From: a virus
IMG/VR virus record: IMGVR_UViG_3300042386_001406
Coordinates: 1-64,000 of that record
Length of the DNA: 64,000 nt
Direction: 5' to 3' (one strand)
Part shown: in pieces, positions 30,040 through 39,344 of the stretch
How the letters are laid out: every line of letters begins with the position of its first letter
Numbering within the stretch: position 1 is the stretch's first letter
Made by a program: the position numbers and the translations under genes
Notes under the pieces: generated by a model
What the model was told of the DNA's origin: nothing
The model's database searches: none
The model's input: the letters and a program-made list of their open reading frames with translations, nothing else

Positions 30040-30679
30040 GAAAAAATTAGGAATTAAACTTAAAAAAGAAACATCGGCCACAGGAACCGGTGCTTCTGTA
30101 ACTCCAGGTGTTGGTATGGGCGTAGCTACAAAATATGCTTTTAAGAAAAAAGTAAAAGAAGATGCCCCACAACTAGCAGCTGGTAAAGTAAAAGATAACT
30201 ATGCTGTGTCTCATTTTGGTTTTACTAATGCTCCATCTAAACCAAATCGTTCTTCAAAAGCAATTGACTATAAAGAACTATGGGAAGCAGGTGAATATGA
30301 GTCTTTAGCAGATATGTTAGCACAATTAGGTGCTGAAGAAGATGCTGTTAAAGTACTTGTAAAAGCAGTTGAAATGGGAGCTTTAAAACCAACTGATGCT
30401 ATTGAAATTGTTAAAAAAACAGTTAGCTTAAATGAAGGATACGCTCAGTTTAGAAATGAAACTAAAATGCGTTCTAAACCAGATCAGTTCCATCAAGCAG
30501 TTAAACAAATAAAAAGAAAAATGAACGAAATCAATCGCATATTTGAATACGTTGATCGTTTAAAAAGTGAATTAAGTGAAGGTGAAGATTTAAAATATAA
30601 AAAATATACTGAAAATGCATTCCAACAAATTAAAGAGAGTGCAAAATCATTATTTTTAAAATCTACAAAACTAAAATAA
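30032..30679 (+). CDS. head-module hypothetical protein
   Basis: ATKYAF motif; C-terminal coiled coil. Confidence 0.5.
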   Translation: MDKKKLGIKLKKETSATGTGASVTPGVGMGVATKYAFKKKVKEDAPQLAAGKVKDNYAVSHFGFTNAPSKPNRSSKAIDYKELWEAGEYESLADMLAQLGAEEDAVKVLVKAVEMGALKPTDAIEIVKKTVSLNEGYAQFRNETKMRSKPDQFHQAVKQIKRKMNEINRIFEYVDRLKSELSEGEDLKYKKYTENAFQQIKESAKSLFLKSTKLK

Positions 30680-30680
30680 A

Positions 30681-31538
30681 ATGGCAGATAATTTTGACAT
30701 GAAACAATTCCTAGTTGAAAACAAATTAGGTGCTTATTCTAAATTAAGAGAAAATCCAGAGCAACAATATTATGTTCATGATGAAGAAGGATTAGAAGAA
30801 CCAATTGGTCCTTTCTCATTAGAACAAGCTAAAGCTGAAGTAATTAAACAAGGTGAAGGCTGGAAATTGATTGATGCTGAAACAGCTAAAGAAATTTGGT
30901 CACATTTAGGTGAAGGTGAAGCTGCTTATGAATATGAGAAAGGTAAAGCCGCTGGTGAAAAAGAAGAAAAAGAAAAATTAGCTAAAGAAGATCTAGGACA
31001 AGATCGTACTGATGCTGAAGCAGAAAAAATGATGGATTTCTTAGCTGAGAAAAATGTAGAAGAAGTAAGCCAAAATACATTCATGGTTGTTGATAGAATT
31101 GAAGAAATTGTTAGTAATTTAGCTCGCAATATCTCAACTAACTCAAATATTCCAACACAAGATAAAATTGGTTTAGTACAAGCTCTTAAAGAATTAAAAG
31201 AGTATGTTGAAGATTTAGGTGTTGAACTTGAAATGAATGAAACTAAAAAACCAGTAAAAGAAGGTGAAGATATTTTCGCTGATATTGAAGATGATCTTAT
31301 GCATGGAACTGATAGTAAGAGAGATCAAATTGAATACTTACAAGAAGTTATTGACTGGTGTCAAAATAAAATAGAGAAAATTAAAGACACTAATATGGAT
31401 GAAGCTATGGGTGGTAAAAATCCAGAAGGTGATAAATTAGTATTACGCTTTTTAAAAGGTGTAGCTAAAAAATTTGACTACCCTGTAGCACAAGCTGCTA
31501 TATTTGTTAAAGATACAATTAAAAGTTTAGGATATTAA
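30681..31538 (+). CDS. putative head-internal polyprotein
   Basis: MADNFDMKQFLVE leader; short modules (incl. GYF-like GPFSLEQ) separated by x-x-E motifs. Confidence 0.5.
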   Translation: MADNFDMKQFLVENKLGAYSKLRENPEQQYYVHDEEGLEEPIGPFSLEQAKAEVIKQGEGWKLIDAETAKEIWSHLGEGEAAYEYEKGKAAGEKEEKEKLAKEDLGQDRTDAEAEKMMDFLAEKNVEEVSQNTFMVVDRIEEIVSNLARNISTNSNIPTQDKIGLVQALKELKEYVEDLGVELEMNETKKPVKEGEDIFADIEDDLMHGTDSKRDQIEYLQEVIDWCQNKIEKIKDTNMDEAMGGKNPEGDKLVLRFLKGVAKKFDYPVAQAAIFVKDTIKSLGY

Positions 31539-31540
31539 TT

Positions 31541-31666
31541 ATGGCAAAAGCAATAAGAGGCGAAAGCCGCAAAGTTACATTTGGTAAACGTAAAGGCGGT
31601 AACGCTAAAAAATCATATAACAAACATAGCCCTCGCCCAAAAGCATATCGTGGTCAGGGCCGTTAA
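31541..31666 (+). CDS. small very basic peptide (41 aa, not in ORF track)
   Basis: MAKAIRGESRKVTFGKRKGGNAKKSYNKHSPRPKAYRGQGR; exactly fills the gap. Confidence 0.75.
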   Translation: MAKAIRGESRKVTFGKRKGGNAKKSYNKHSPRPKAYRGQGR

Positions 31667-31677
31667 TATTTATTAGT

Positions 31678-33063
31678 ATGAAAAAACCAATCAACGAAAT
31701 AGAAAGACTTAAACTTATCGCTGGTTTAATTAACGAAATTAATTATAATGACTCAGTATACGGCGTTAAAAGAACAACATTAACTGAGGGTAAAAAGAAA
31801 AAAGAAGTTAAAGAATTATCTATAGACGTTGCTAACCCATACGAATACCGTATGGGTCTTCAATATGAACTAGAGCAAATGGATGACTATAGTAATGAAT
31901 CTTTAGAAAAAGCTAAATCAATTGTATTGAAGAACTTAGCTAAAGATGTTAACTTCTATACTACTTTACTTAACCAAGATCAATCACCTTATAAGTTTGA
32001 AGCTCCTGAAACAGACAAACCAGGTATGCAAGCTAAAGCTGATGGTTATTTAAAGAAAGAATTAAAGAAAGATGCTAAAGCTAATGTACAAGATACATTA
32101 GGTAAAAAAGAAGCAGGTTCTAAAAAACCTAAAGGTGTTAAAGTAATGCCTGATAAAGGTGTAACTGGCTCTGAAAAAACCATTAAAGAGAATCTTATTA
32201 ATGAGGTAATATTAAAAGTATATCATTATGATCCATCATCAGGTGATTTAGAAGATGTGGATGTTGAATATTTTAGTTCTGAAGAAGAAGCTAAAAAAGC
32301 TGCTTTAGCTCATCATTGGCAAGTAGCTTTTGATAATGGAGATACAGATCTTAGTAAAGAAGATTTTATATCTCAAACTAACTTTGATGACTTTGAACCA
32401 TATAACAACTACGATTATAAAATAGTATCTGATAAAGGTAATATTAAAGAAGGATTAGAAGAAGCTTCAAAAGATCCACATGACAAAGCTAAGGTAATGA
32501 AAGTGGATGGTAAATTCGAAGTTTATACAACTCAAGATGGTGAAATAAAAACATTCGATAAAGAAGCTGATGCTAAAGCATTTGCTGATAAATATAACAG
32601 TGAGAATGTTAAAGAAGGTTCATTCATGGGTGGTGTTGATTTAGGTGCTTCATTTGATAAAATGAAAGGACAAATGAATGCTGAAGATGAATTTAATTCA
32701 TTAATGTCTAAGTATGACTGGTATTATGAAATGAGCGATGATCCACGTGCTTATGATCGTGGAACAGCTATGAATAGTAAATTAAAGATGTTAGGTAAGC
32801 AAATTGGTGTTGATAAAGCTATTGAATTATTCAACTCTAAAGCTCCATCTGATAGAAAAATAACATCTTCTTTCTTTATGGAAGGTGAAGATAAGCATTC
32901 TAAAATTAAAGAAGCATTAAAAGCTGCTTTAAAGAAAGCTTTAAAAGAAGAAGATCCAGCTATGGCTAGAATAGAAAAAGACGAAGAAGCCGCTGAAAAA
33001 GCTTTAGCACAAATATTAACAAAGAAAGCAGCTGTATTAGCTAAACCAGGAACCCAAGGATAA
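31678..33063 (+). CDS. putative head-internal polyprotein
   Basis: RLKLIAGLINE leader; DUF5661-like MGLQYE...KNLAKDVNFY; YDWYYEMSDD module. Confidence 0.5.
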   Translation: MKKPINEIERLKLIAGLINEINYNDSVYGVKRTTLTEGKKKKEVKELSIDVANPYEYRMGLQYELEQMDDYSNESLEKAKSIVLKNLAKDVNFYTTLLNQDQSPYKFEAPETDKPGMQAKADGYLKKELKKDAKANVQDTLGKKEAGSKKPKGVKVMPDKGVTGSEKTIKENLINEVILKVYHYDPSSGDLEDVDVEYFSSEEEAKKAALAHHWQVAFDNGDTDLSKEDFISQTNFDDFEPYNNYDYKIVSDKGNIKEGLEEASKDPHDKAKVMKVDGKFEVYTTQDGEIKTFDKEADAKAFADKYNSENVKEGSFMGGVDLGASFDKMKGQMNAEDEFNSLMSKYDWYYEMSDDPRAYDRGTAMNSKLKMLGKQIGVDKAIELFNSKAPSDRKITSSFFMEGEDKHSKIKEALKAALKKALKEEDPAMARIEKDEEAAEKALAQILTKKAAVLAKPGTQG

Positions 33064-33692
33064 TGAACAAACAAGTATTAATAGAATATTATTCATTTAC
33101 ACCTTCGCCTCGTGCTTTGCATGAGGCAAAGTTGTCTCCATCTAAAAACTTAATTGTTGAAGGTGTAGTACAACGCGCAGATGCTAAAAACCAAAACGGA
33201 CGTGTTTATCCTAAAGACACATTGAAACGTGAAGTTGAAAAATATATCCTTGGTCCAATAGCTGAAAACAGAGCATTAGGTGAACTAGACCACCCAGACT
33301 CATCAATCATTAACTTAAAGAATGTATGTCATAACATTAAATCTTTATGGTGGGATGGTGATGATTTAATGGGTAAAATTGAAGTATTACCTACACCAAG
33401 TGGTAATATATTAAAAGAATTATTTTTAAATAATATAACTGTTGGTATTTCTTCTCGTGGTATGGGTTCAGTAAAACCACTAGGTGAAGGAACAATGGAG
33501 GTACAAGATGACTTTGAATTATTATGTTGGGATTTTGTTTCAACACCATCAACTCAAGGCGCATTTATGAGACCAACAGGACTAAGTGAAAGTTATGTAC
33601 CTGGTACTCGTTCATTTGGTAAGTATACTAAAGTAAATAATCTAATCTCAGAAATTATTTGTAGTCAAACAGGTGTTTGCTGCATTAGATAA
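33063..33692 (+). CDS. prohead protease (T4 gp21-like)
   Basis: NQNGRVYP, ALGELDHP, GISSRGMGS, DFVSTPS. Confidence 0.95.
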   Translation: MNKQVLIEYYSFTPSPRALHEAKLSPSKNLIVEGVVQRADAKNQNGRVYPKDTLKREVEKYILGPIAENRALGELDHPDSSIINLKNVCHNIKSLWWDGDDLMGKIEVLPTPSGNILKELFLNNITVGISSRGMGSVKPLGEGTMEVQDDFELLCWDFVSTPSTQGAFMRPTGLSESYVPGTRSFGKYTKVNNLISEIICSQTGVCCIR

Positions 33693-33721
33693 GCCCCGCT
33701 ATAGTCTCAGCATTATAGCTC

Positions 33722-33755
33722 TGAACCCAGCCCCGTAAGGCTGGGTTTCATTTTT
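33722..33755 (+). terminator. intrinsic terminator
   Basis: AACCCAGCC-ccgtaa-GGCTGGGTT followed by a T run. Confidence 0.85.
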
Positions 33756-33885
33756 ATCGCTTTGAGCACTTTTCACATATTTATGAACATCCCACATATG
33801 AGATCTCCAATATCTCATTAATTTAACGTTTTTAATCTTATATTGCTTCCCCTACTAATAAGCAATCAAAAAGGAGAAAATTCAG

Positions 33886-35223
33886 ATGACAAATCAAGAA
33901 TTATTCAGTCAAGCAATTGCTGATGCTAAAGCTGTTCGCGACGCTGCGGTAGCAAATGCTAAAGCCGCTCTTGAAGAAACATTTACTCCAAAAATCATGT
34001 CTATGCTTTCAGCTAAATTAAATGAGTTGGAAGAAGAAGGATTAGAAGAGAAAATGGAAAAAGAAGAAGAAGGCTACAAAAAAGAAGAAGGCCATGAAGC
34101 CGAAATTGGTTATGGAGCTGCTTCACAAAAACCTCAAATTGAAGGTGAAATGGAAGAAGCTGACAACATGGAAGAAGCTGATCTAGAAGAAATCTTAGCC
34201 CAACTTGAAGCTGAAGAAAAAGGCAAGAAAGAAGAAGGCAAAGAAGAAATGGAAGAGGCTAAAAAAGACATGGAAGAAGGTAAAAAAGAAGTTGAAGAAG
34301 CTAAGAAAAAAGACAACGACAAAAAAGAAAAAGTTGAAGAGTCTTTAGAAGAAGCTGAAGGTGACGACGAAGTTACTGAACTCACTGTCGATGAGCTTAA
34401 AGACATTATCCGTGACGTATTAAAAGACGTAATGGGTGGTGGAGAAGAAGCTGGTGAAGAAGAACTTGAAATGGATGATGAAGCTGGTGAAGAAGAGGAA
34501 ACTGAAGATGAAGAATCTATCAGCCTCGATGAATTATTAGCTGAATTAGACAAAGAAGAAGGTAAGAAAGTTGAAGAGAAAAAAGAAGTTGAGGAAAAGA
34601 AAGAAAAAGTTGAAGAAGCCACAGAAGTAGAAGAAGGCATCTCTGATGTTAAAAATTTCTTCTTAAAAGTAGCTGATGACATTAAAAAAGGACTTGGTTT
34701 AGCATGTGTTCAAGAATACAATGCTGCTATCAAAGCTGGTAAATCAGACAAAGAAGCAAGAATCATATATGACACTTGCTTATCTGGTGAAAAAGGCGGA
34801 TTCCAAGGTCCATCTGTTACTAAAGCTACATCTGGTATTGCTGAAAAGAAAGATGAAATGGAAGAAGCTAAGAAAGACTTAGAAGAAGCTATTTCTACTA
34901 TCAAGACTTTGCAAACTGAACTTAACGAAGTTAATCTCTTAAATGCGAAACTTCTTTATACAAATAAGATCTTCAAAGCTAAGTCTTTAAATGAAGCTCA
35001 AAAAGTTAAGGTATTAAAAGCTTTTGATAAAGCTACAAATGTAAGCGAAGTTAAAACTGTTTACAACACTTTATCTGAGTCTTTTGAAACTAAAACTAAA
35101 ACTACAATTAAAGAATCAGTTGGATTTGCTTCTAAAGCAGTAGGTGTTGCCCCTGCCCAACCGATTGTAGAAGGTGATGCTGCTATTCGCCGTATGCAAC
35201 AATTAGCGGGAATCGTAAAATAA
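33886..35223 (+). CDS. prohead core/scaffold protein
   Basis: Extremely E/K-rich; between protease and capsid; LNEVNLLNAKLLY; C-terminal RRMQQLAGI. Confidence 0.85.
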   Translation: MTNQELFSQAIADAKAVRDAAVANAKAALEETFTPKIMSMLSAKLNELEEEGLEEKMEKEEEGYKKEEGHEAEIGYGAASQKPQIEGEMEEADNMEEADLEEILAQLEAEEKGKKEEGKEEMEEAKKDMEEGKKEVEEAKKKDNDKKEKVEESLEEAEGDDEVTELTVDELKDIIRDVLKDVMGGGEEAGEEELEMDDEAGEEEETEDEESISLDELLAELDKEEGKKVEEKKEVEEKKEKVEEATEVEEGISDVKNFFLKVADDIKKGLGLACVQEYNAAIKAGKSDKEARIIYDTCLSGEKGGFQGPSVTKATSGIAEKKDEMEEAKKDLEEAISTIKTLQTELNEVNLLNAKLLYTNKIFKAKSLNEAQKVKVLKAFDKATNVSEVKTVYNTLSESFETKTKTTIKESVGFASKAVGVAPAQPIVEGDAAIRRMQQLAGIVK

Positions 35224-35252
35224 ACAATTTAAAAAACAAAAATTCATTCAAA

Positions 35253-36920
35253 ATGAGTCAAATTCAATCTTTAATCGAATCTGCTAACCCATGGCAGTCA
35301 CAGCAAGGCGAGGCTTCTCGTTTAGCTAACAAGTGGGAAAAATCAGGTTTGTTAGAAGGTCTTACTGACTACAACAAATCTAATATGGCTGTAATGCTTG
35401 AGAACCAAGCTAAGCAATTAGTTGTTGAACAGTCAAACACTGGAACTGGTGGTACTTTTACTCCAGGAACTGGTGAGCAGTGGGCTGGCGTAGCTTTACC
35501 ACTCGTTCGTAAGGTATTCGGACAAATCGCTTCTAAAGAATTCGTTTCTGTACAACCAATGAGCTTACCAGCTGGTTTAGTGTTCTTCTTAGATTTCCAA
35601 TACGGAACTAATAAAGATCCATTCACTTCTGGTAATTCACTTTATGGTACAGCTTACACTCAAGGTGATTCTGGCTTTGGTAACTTAGCTCAGGGTGGTC
35701 TTTATGGTGCTGGCCGTTGGGGTTATTCAGTTAACCAATTCTCATCTTCATTAACTGGTGCTACATCTGCAGCTGCTGCTACATTTGATGCTATCAACTG
35801 GGATTCTGATTATTCTCAGTCTATTGTTAATAGCAAGATCATTCAAATTGCTTTCACAACTGGTTCAGCTGGTTTCCCAACTAACTTTGATGTGAATGGT
35901 GTTCGTGATCTTTATTTGATCGATGGTACTCCTGCTTCTCCAGGAACTGTTATCACTTCAGCTACATTATTACCTCAGTTTACTACAATTGCTGGTGGTA
36001 CAGTTAAGTTATTCGTAACTGCTTCTGGTGTTGCTGCTGTTAACGCTATCACAGGTGGTATGACTTTATTCTTCAACAAGAAGACTGCTGATAACGCTCG
36101 TGGTGATTTTGAAAATGCTGCTGGTGCTGGTTATCCAAACGCAGAAAGCAATACAGAAATCGTAATCCCAGAGATCAATGTACAATTACGTTCTGAGACT
36201 ATTGCTGCTAAAACTCGTAAGTTAAAAGCACAATGGACTCCAGAATTCGCTCAAGACTTAAACGCTTACCAAAACTTGGATGCTGAAGCTGAATTAACTT
36301 CTATGTTATCAGAGTACATCTCTTTAGAGATCGACTTAGAAATCATGGATATGTTAATCCAGAACGCTCCAATCGTTGAACAATGGTCAGCTAAAGTGGG
36401 CGGTACTGTAACTGCAGGTTCATCTAACATTGCTTACAACACATCAGGTGTTTATTACACTCAGATGACTTGGTTCCAAACTTTAGGTATCAAATTACAA
36501 AAAGTTTCTAACCAAATTCACCAACGTACTTTACGTGGTGGTGCTAATTTCATGGTAGTTTCTCCAACTGTAGCTACTATCCTTGAGTCAATTCCAGGAT
36601 TTGCAGCTGATACAGACGGTGCAGCTGACAACATGAAGTATGCATTCGGCGTACAGAAAATTGGTCAATTAAACAGCCGTTACAAAGTTTACAAGAATCC
36701 TTACATGATCGAGAATACTATCTTAATGGGATTCCGTGGTAACCAATTCTTAGAGACTGGTGCTGTTTATGCTCCATACATTCCGTTAATCATGACTCCA
36801 TTAGTGTACGATCCAAATACCTTCACTCCAAGAAAAGGTATCATGACTCGTTACGCGAAGAAAATGGTACGTCCTGAATTCTACGGTAAGGTATTTATTG
36901 CTGACTTACAAGTTATCTAA
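35253..36920 (+). CDS. major capsid protein (T4 gp23-like)
   Basis: VQPMSLPAGLVF, AKTRKLKAQWTPEFAQDL, YAPYIPL, FTPRKGIMTRY. Confidence 0.95.
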   Translation: MSQIQSLIESANPWQSQQGEASRLANKWEKSGLLEGLTDYNKSNMAVMLENQAKQLVVEQSNTGTGGTFTPGTGEQWAGVALPLVRKVFGQIASKEFVSVQPMSLPAGLVFFLDFQYGTNKDPFTSGNSLYGTAYTQGDSGFGNLAQGGLYGAGRWGYSVNQFSSSLTGATSAAAATFDAINWDSDYSQSIVNSKIIQIAFTTGSAGFPTNFDVNGVRDLYLIDGTPASPGTVITSATLLPQFTTIAGGTVKLFVTASGVAAVNAITGGMTLFFNKKTADNARGDFENAAGAGYPNAESNTEIVIPEINVQLRSETIAAKTRKLKAQWTPEFAQDLNAYQNLDAEAELTSMLSEYISLEIDLEIMDMLIQNAPIVEQWSAKVGGTVTAGSSNIAYNTSGVYYTQMTWFQTLGIKLQKVSNQIHQRTLRGGANFMVVSPTVATILESIPGFAADTDGAADNMKYAFGVQKIGQLNSRYKVYKNPYMIENTILMGFRGNQFLETGAVYAPYIPLIMTPLVYDPNTFTPRKGIMTRYAKKMVRPEFYGKVFIADLQVI

Positions 36921-36938
36921 TAAATAACCCTTAGAGTT

Positions 36939-36975
36939 AAAGAAAGACCCGAGCGCAAGCTCGGGTTTTTTCTTT
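36939..36975 (+). terminator. intrinsic terminator
   Basis: ACCCGAGC-gcaa-GCTCGGGT followed by a T run. Confidence 0.9.
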
Positions 36976-36999
36976 CATATTTATAGCAAATAATGTTAT

Positions 37000-37668
37000 A
37001 TGCGTGAACCAAATCGTGAGAGGAAGAATGACATTAAATCTATTAATGCGTTACAGTTAAATGAAGAACAAAAAGAAGCAAAACGATTAATAGTAGAAAA
37101 TCAAGTAGTAATTATAACAGGTAGAGCGGGATCAGGTAAATCATTAGTATGTGCTCAAGCCGCCTTAGATTTTCTTAAGAAAAAACAAATTAGTTGTATT
37201 TACAACACACGAGCAGCTATTGAAGTAGGTAAATCATTAGGATTTCTACCAGGTGATATTAATGGTAAGTTTGATCCATACATGGAAGCATTAGTTGAAA
37301 ATCTAGTTAAATGTTGTTCAAATAAAAATGAAGTACCTGAATTAATTGAGGAAGGTAAAGTTAAAGCTATGCCTGTACAATTTATTAGAGGTAAAACTAT
37401 AGACGACATACTAATTGTAGAAGAGGCTCAAAACCTAACTAAAGGCGAAATGTTAGCTATATTAACTCGTTTAGGTAAAACAGGTAAAATAGTGATTAAC
37501 GGCGATAATGAGCAAACTGATATCAAAACACCTACTGGTGAAATAAACGGGTTATCTTACGCTATTGAATTATCTAAAAAGATTGAAGAAATTAAGTGGA
37601 TTAAACTAAAAGAAAACCACAGATCTGATTTAGTAGGTAAAATACTTGAATACGAATACGGGAAATAA
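37000..37668 (+). CDS. phoH: PhoH-like ATPase
   Basis: GRAGSGKS, LGFLPGD, FIRGKT, EEAQN, LTRLG, GDNEQTD, HRS. Confidence 0.9.
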   Translation: MREPNRERKNDIKSINALQLNEEQKEAKRLIVENQVVIITGRAGSGKSLVCAQAALDFLKKKQISCIYNTRAAIEVGKSLGFLPGDINGKFDPYMEALVENLVKCCSNKNEVPELIEEGKVKAMPVQFIRGKTIDDILIVEEAQNLTKGEMLAILTRLGKTGKIVINGDNEQTDIKTPTGEINGLSYAIELSKKIEEIKWIKLKENHRSDLVGKILEYEYGK

Positions 37669-37699
37669 TAATATTTATATTAGAATAATACTAATATAA

Positions 37700-39340
37700 A
37701 TGGCGCAAAACCTTACACAATTATACGGAGCTGGTAACATATCAACTGGATTTGGTTCTTTAACTACAGTTAAAGGCAATACCCCGTTTGGATATTTTGA
37801 CAATGATACAGAGTTTGTTAGAGATGCTAAAAACTGTACTGTATTTGTAGCCCAACGTTTAGGAATTACATCTGGTATTGGTGCTGGTTTATTTTTAAAT
37901 TTAAGTGATATTGGTGTTTATGCCGCATTTGAAGAAGCAGTATTAACATATGGTAACATGGTTTACCAATATAAAATCAGAGACAACTATATTAACTTAG
38001 AAGGTTCTGAAACAGATGTATTTAACCAATCTAGTACAACTTTAATTAATAGTGTTTCTAACAGAACACCTATATTCTGGTCTCCAGCTCGTACTGCTAA
38101 ATGGGATGAAATTGGAAATGATACTTTCTATTCTCAATCTATTGTAGATAGTGAGGTATTTGTAATGTCAGCTTCATTAAGTGACTTTGTTGCTCCAAAT
38201 TTAGATTTTTTAAATAACTTTACTTTAGCAGGTGATGCTTTTTATAATGGTAGTAGTAATGTCAATTTATCAAGAGTTGTATTAAATCAATTTAATAAAG
38301 TAGCTGGCCCAACTTCTGGATCAAACAATATTATAACTAATGGTAGTGACTTTATTTATTTCTTTACTGTTGATCCAGGTGTGAGTGGAGGATATCCATC
38401 TCGTTTTAATAACTATTCTACAAATGGTATTCCAACAGTTTATTATCAAGCTCGTTTACAAAACGAATTGAATAATAAAGTATTAAATAATAACTTAGCA
38501 GCTCAAATTAGAATAGCTGACACTTATGGAGGTGAAGCTAGTGTAGGTGGTACAGTATTAGAATATACTGGATCACTTACTTTAATTCCTAACCAACAAA
38601 ATTATGACTTAAATGCTTGGGCCGCTGATTCTGCCTCATTACAAGATGGAGATTCAATAGAAGTAAGACAAATATTTTATCAAGAACCTCCAGCAATTGT
38701 AAGATACTTTGATCCATATGCTGGTACAGGTACTGGTGTTCAAGGATTACTTGAAACATTTGGATTTGGTTCTTACTCACCTGGTATTAACTTTATGTTA
38801 ATGCCTGTATATTGGGACATTCAAAAGATTCAAGCAATTGAATTTAACGACCAAGTAAGAAAATCAGCTTTTAGCTTTGATTTAGTTGATAATCAACTTA
38901 GATTATTTCCTGTACCTGGTGACATATATATAGGGCATAAATTATGGTTTAGATATGTTAAGAAAATGGATAAAAACAAACCTACAGTTAGTACTGTGAG
39001 GAATGTTGTATCTGATGTAATGAGAGTTCCTTATCGTAATCCAATTTACTCTAATATTAACCATGTAGGTAGAATGTGGGTTTATAGATATACTTTAGCT
39101 ATCTGTAAAGAAATAGAAGGACAAGTTAAAACAGCCTTAGATACAGGACAAATTCCAGGTATGTTTAAAGGTACTGAATTATTAACTGATGCTAGACAAG
39201 AAAAACAAGACTTAATGACTGAATTAAAAGAGATGCTTAATGAAGTTTCTCGTAGAGCTCAATTAGAGCGTAAACAACAAGAGGCTGACTTTACTCGTCA
39301 ATCAATGAATCAAGTACCATTATTAATTTACGCTTTATAA
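37700..39340 (+). CDS. neck/head-tail adaptor protein (T4 gp13-like)
   Basis: Position after capsid; [11 protein letters not shown]; [12 protein letters not shown]. Confidence 0.6.
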   Translation: MAQNLTQLYGAGNISTGFGSLTTVKGNTPFGYFDNDTEFVRDAKNCTVFVAQRLGITSGIGAGLFLNLSDIGVYAAFEEAVLTYGNMVYQYKIRDNYINLEGSETDVFNQSSTTLINSVSNRTPIFWSPARTAKWDEIGNDTFYSQSIVDSEVFVMSASLSDFVAPNLDFLNNFTLAGDAFYNGSSNVNLSRVVLNQFNKVAGPTSGSNNIITNGSDFIYFFTVDPGVSGGYPSRFNNYSTNGIPTVYYQARLQNELNNKVLNNNLAAQIRIADTYGGEASVGGTVLEYTGSLTLIPNQQNYDLNAWAADSASLQDGDSIEVRQIFYQEPPAIVRYFDPYAGTGTGVQGLLETFGFGSYSPGINFMLMPVYWDIQKIQAIEFNDQVRKSAFSFDLVDNQLRLFPVPGDIYIGHKLWFRYVKKMDKNKPTVSTVRNVVSDVMRVPYRNPIYSNINHVGRMWVYRYTLAICKEIEGQVKTALDTGQIPGMFKGTELLTDARQEKQDLMTELKEMLNEVSRRAQLERKQQEADFTRQSMNQVPLLIYAL

Positions 39341-39344
39341 TATT

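Noticed and set aside
31541-31666. Phage-encoded ribosomal protein bS21
   Set aside because: Basic, but lacks the bS21 pattern and is too short
33693-33755. tRNA-like start (GCCCCGCTATAGTCTCAG)
   Set aside because: No T-arm GTTC or cloverleaf; explained by a small hairpin plus terminator
25636-36920. Introns or inteins in terminase, portal or capsid
   Set aside because: ORFs are continuous, of expected size and lack intein motifs
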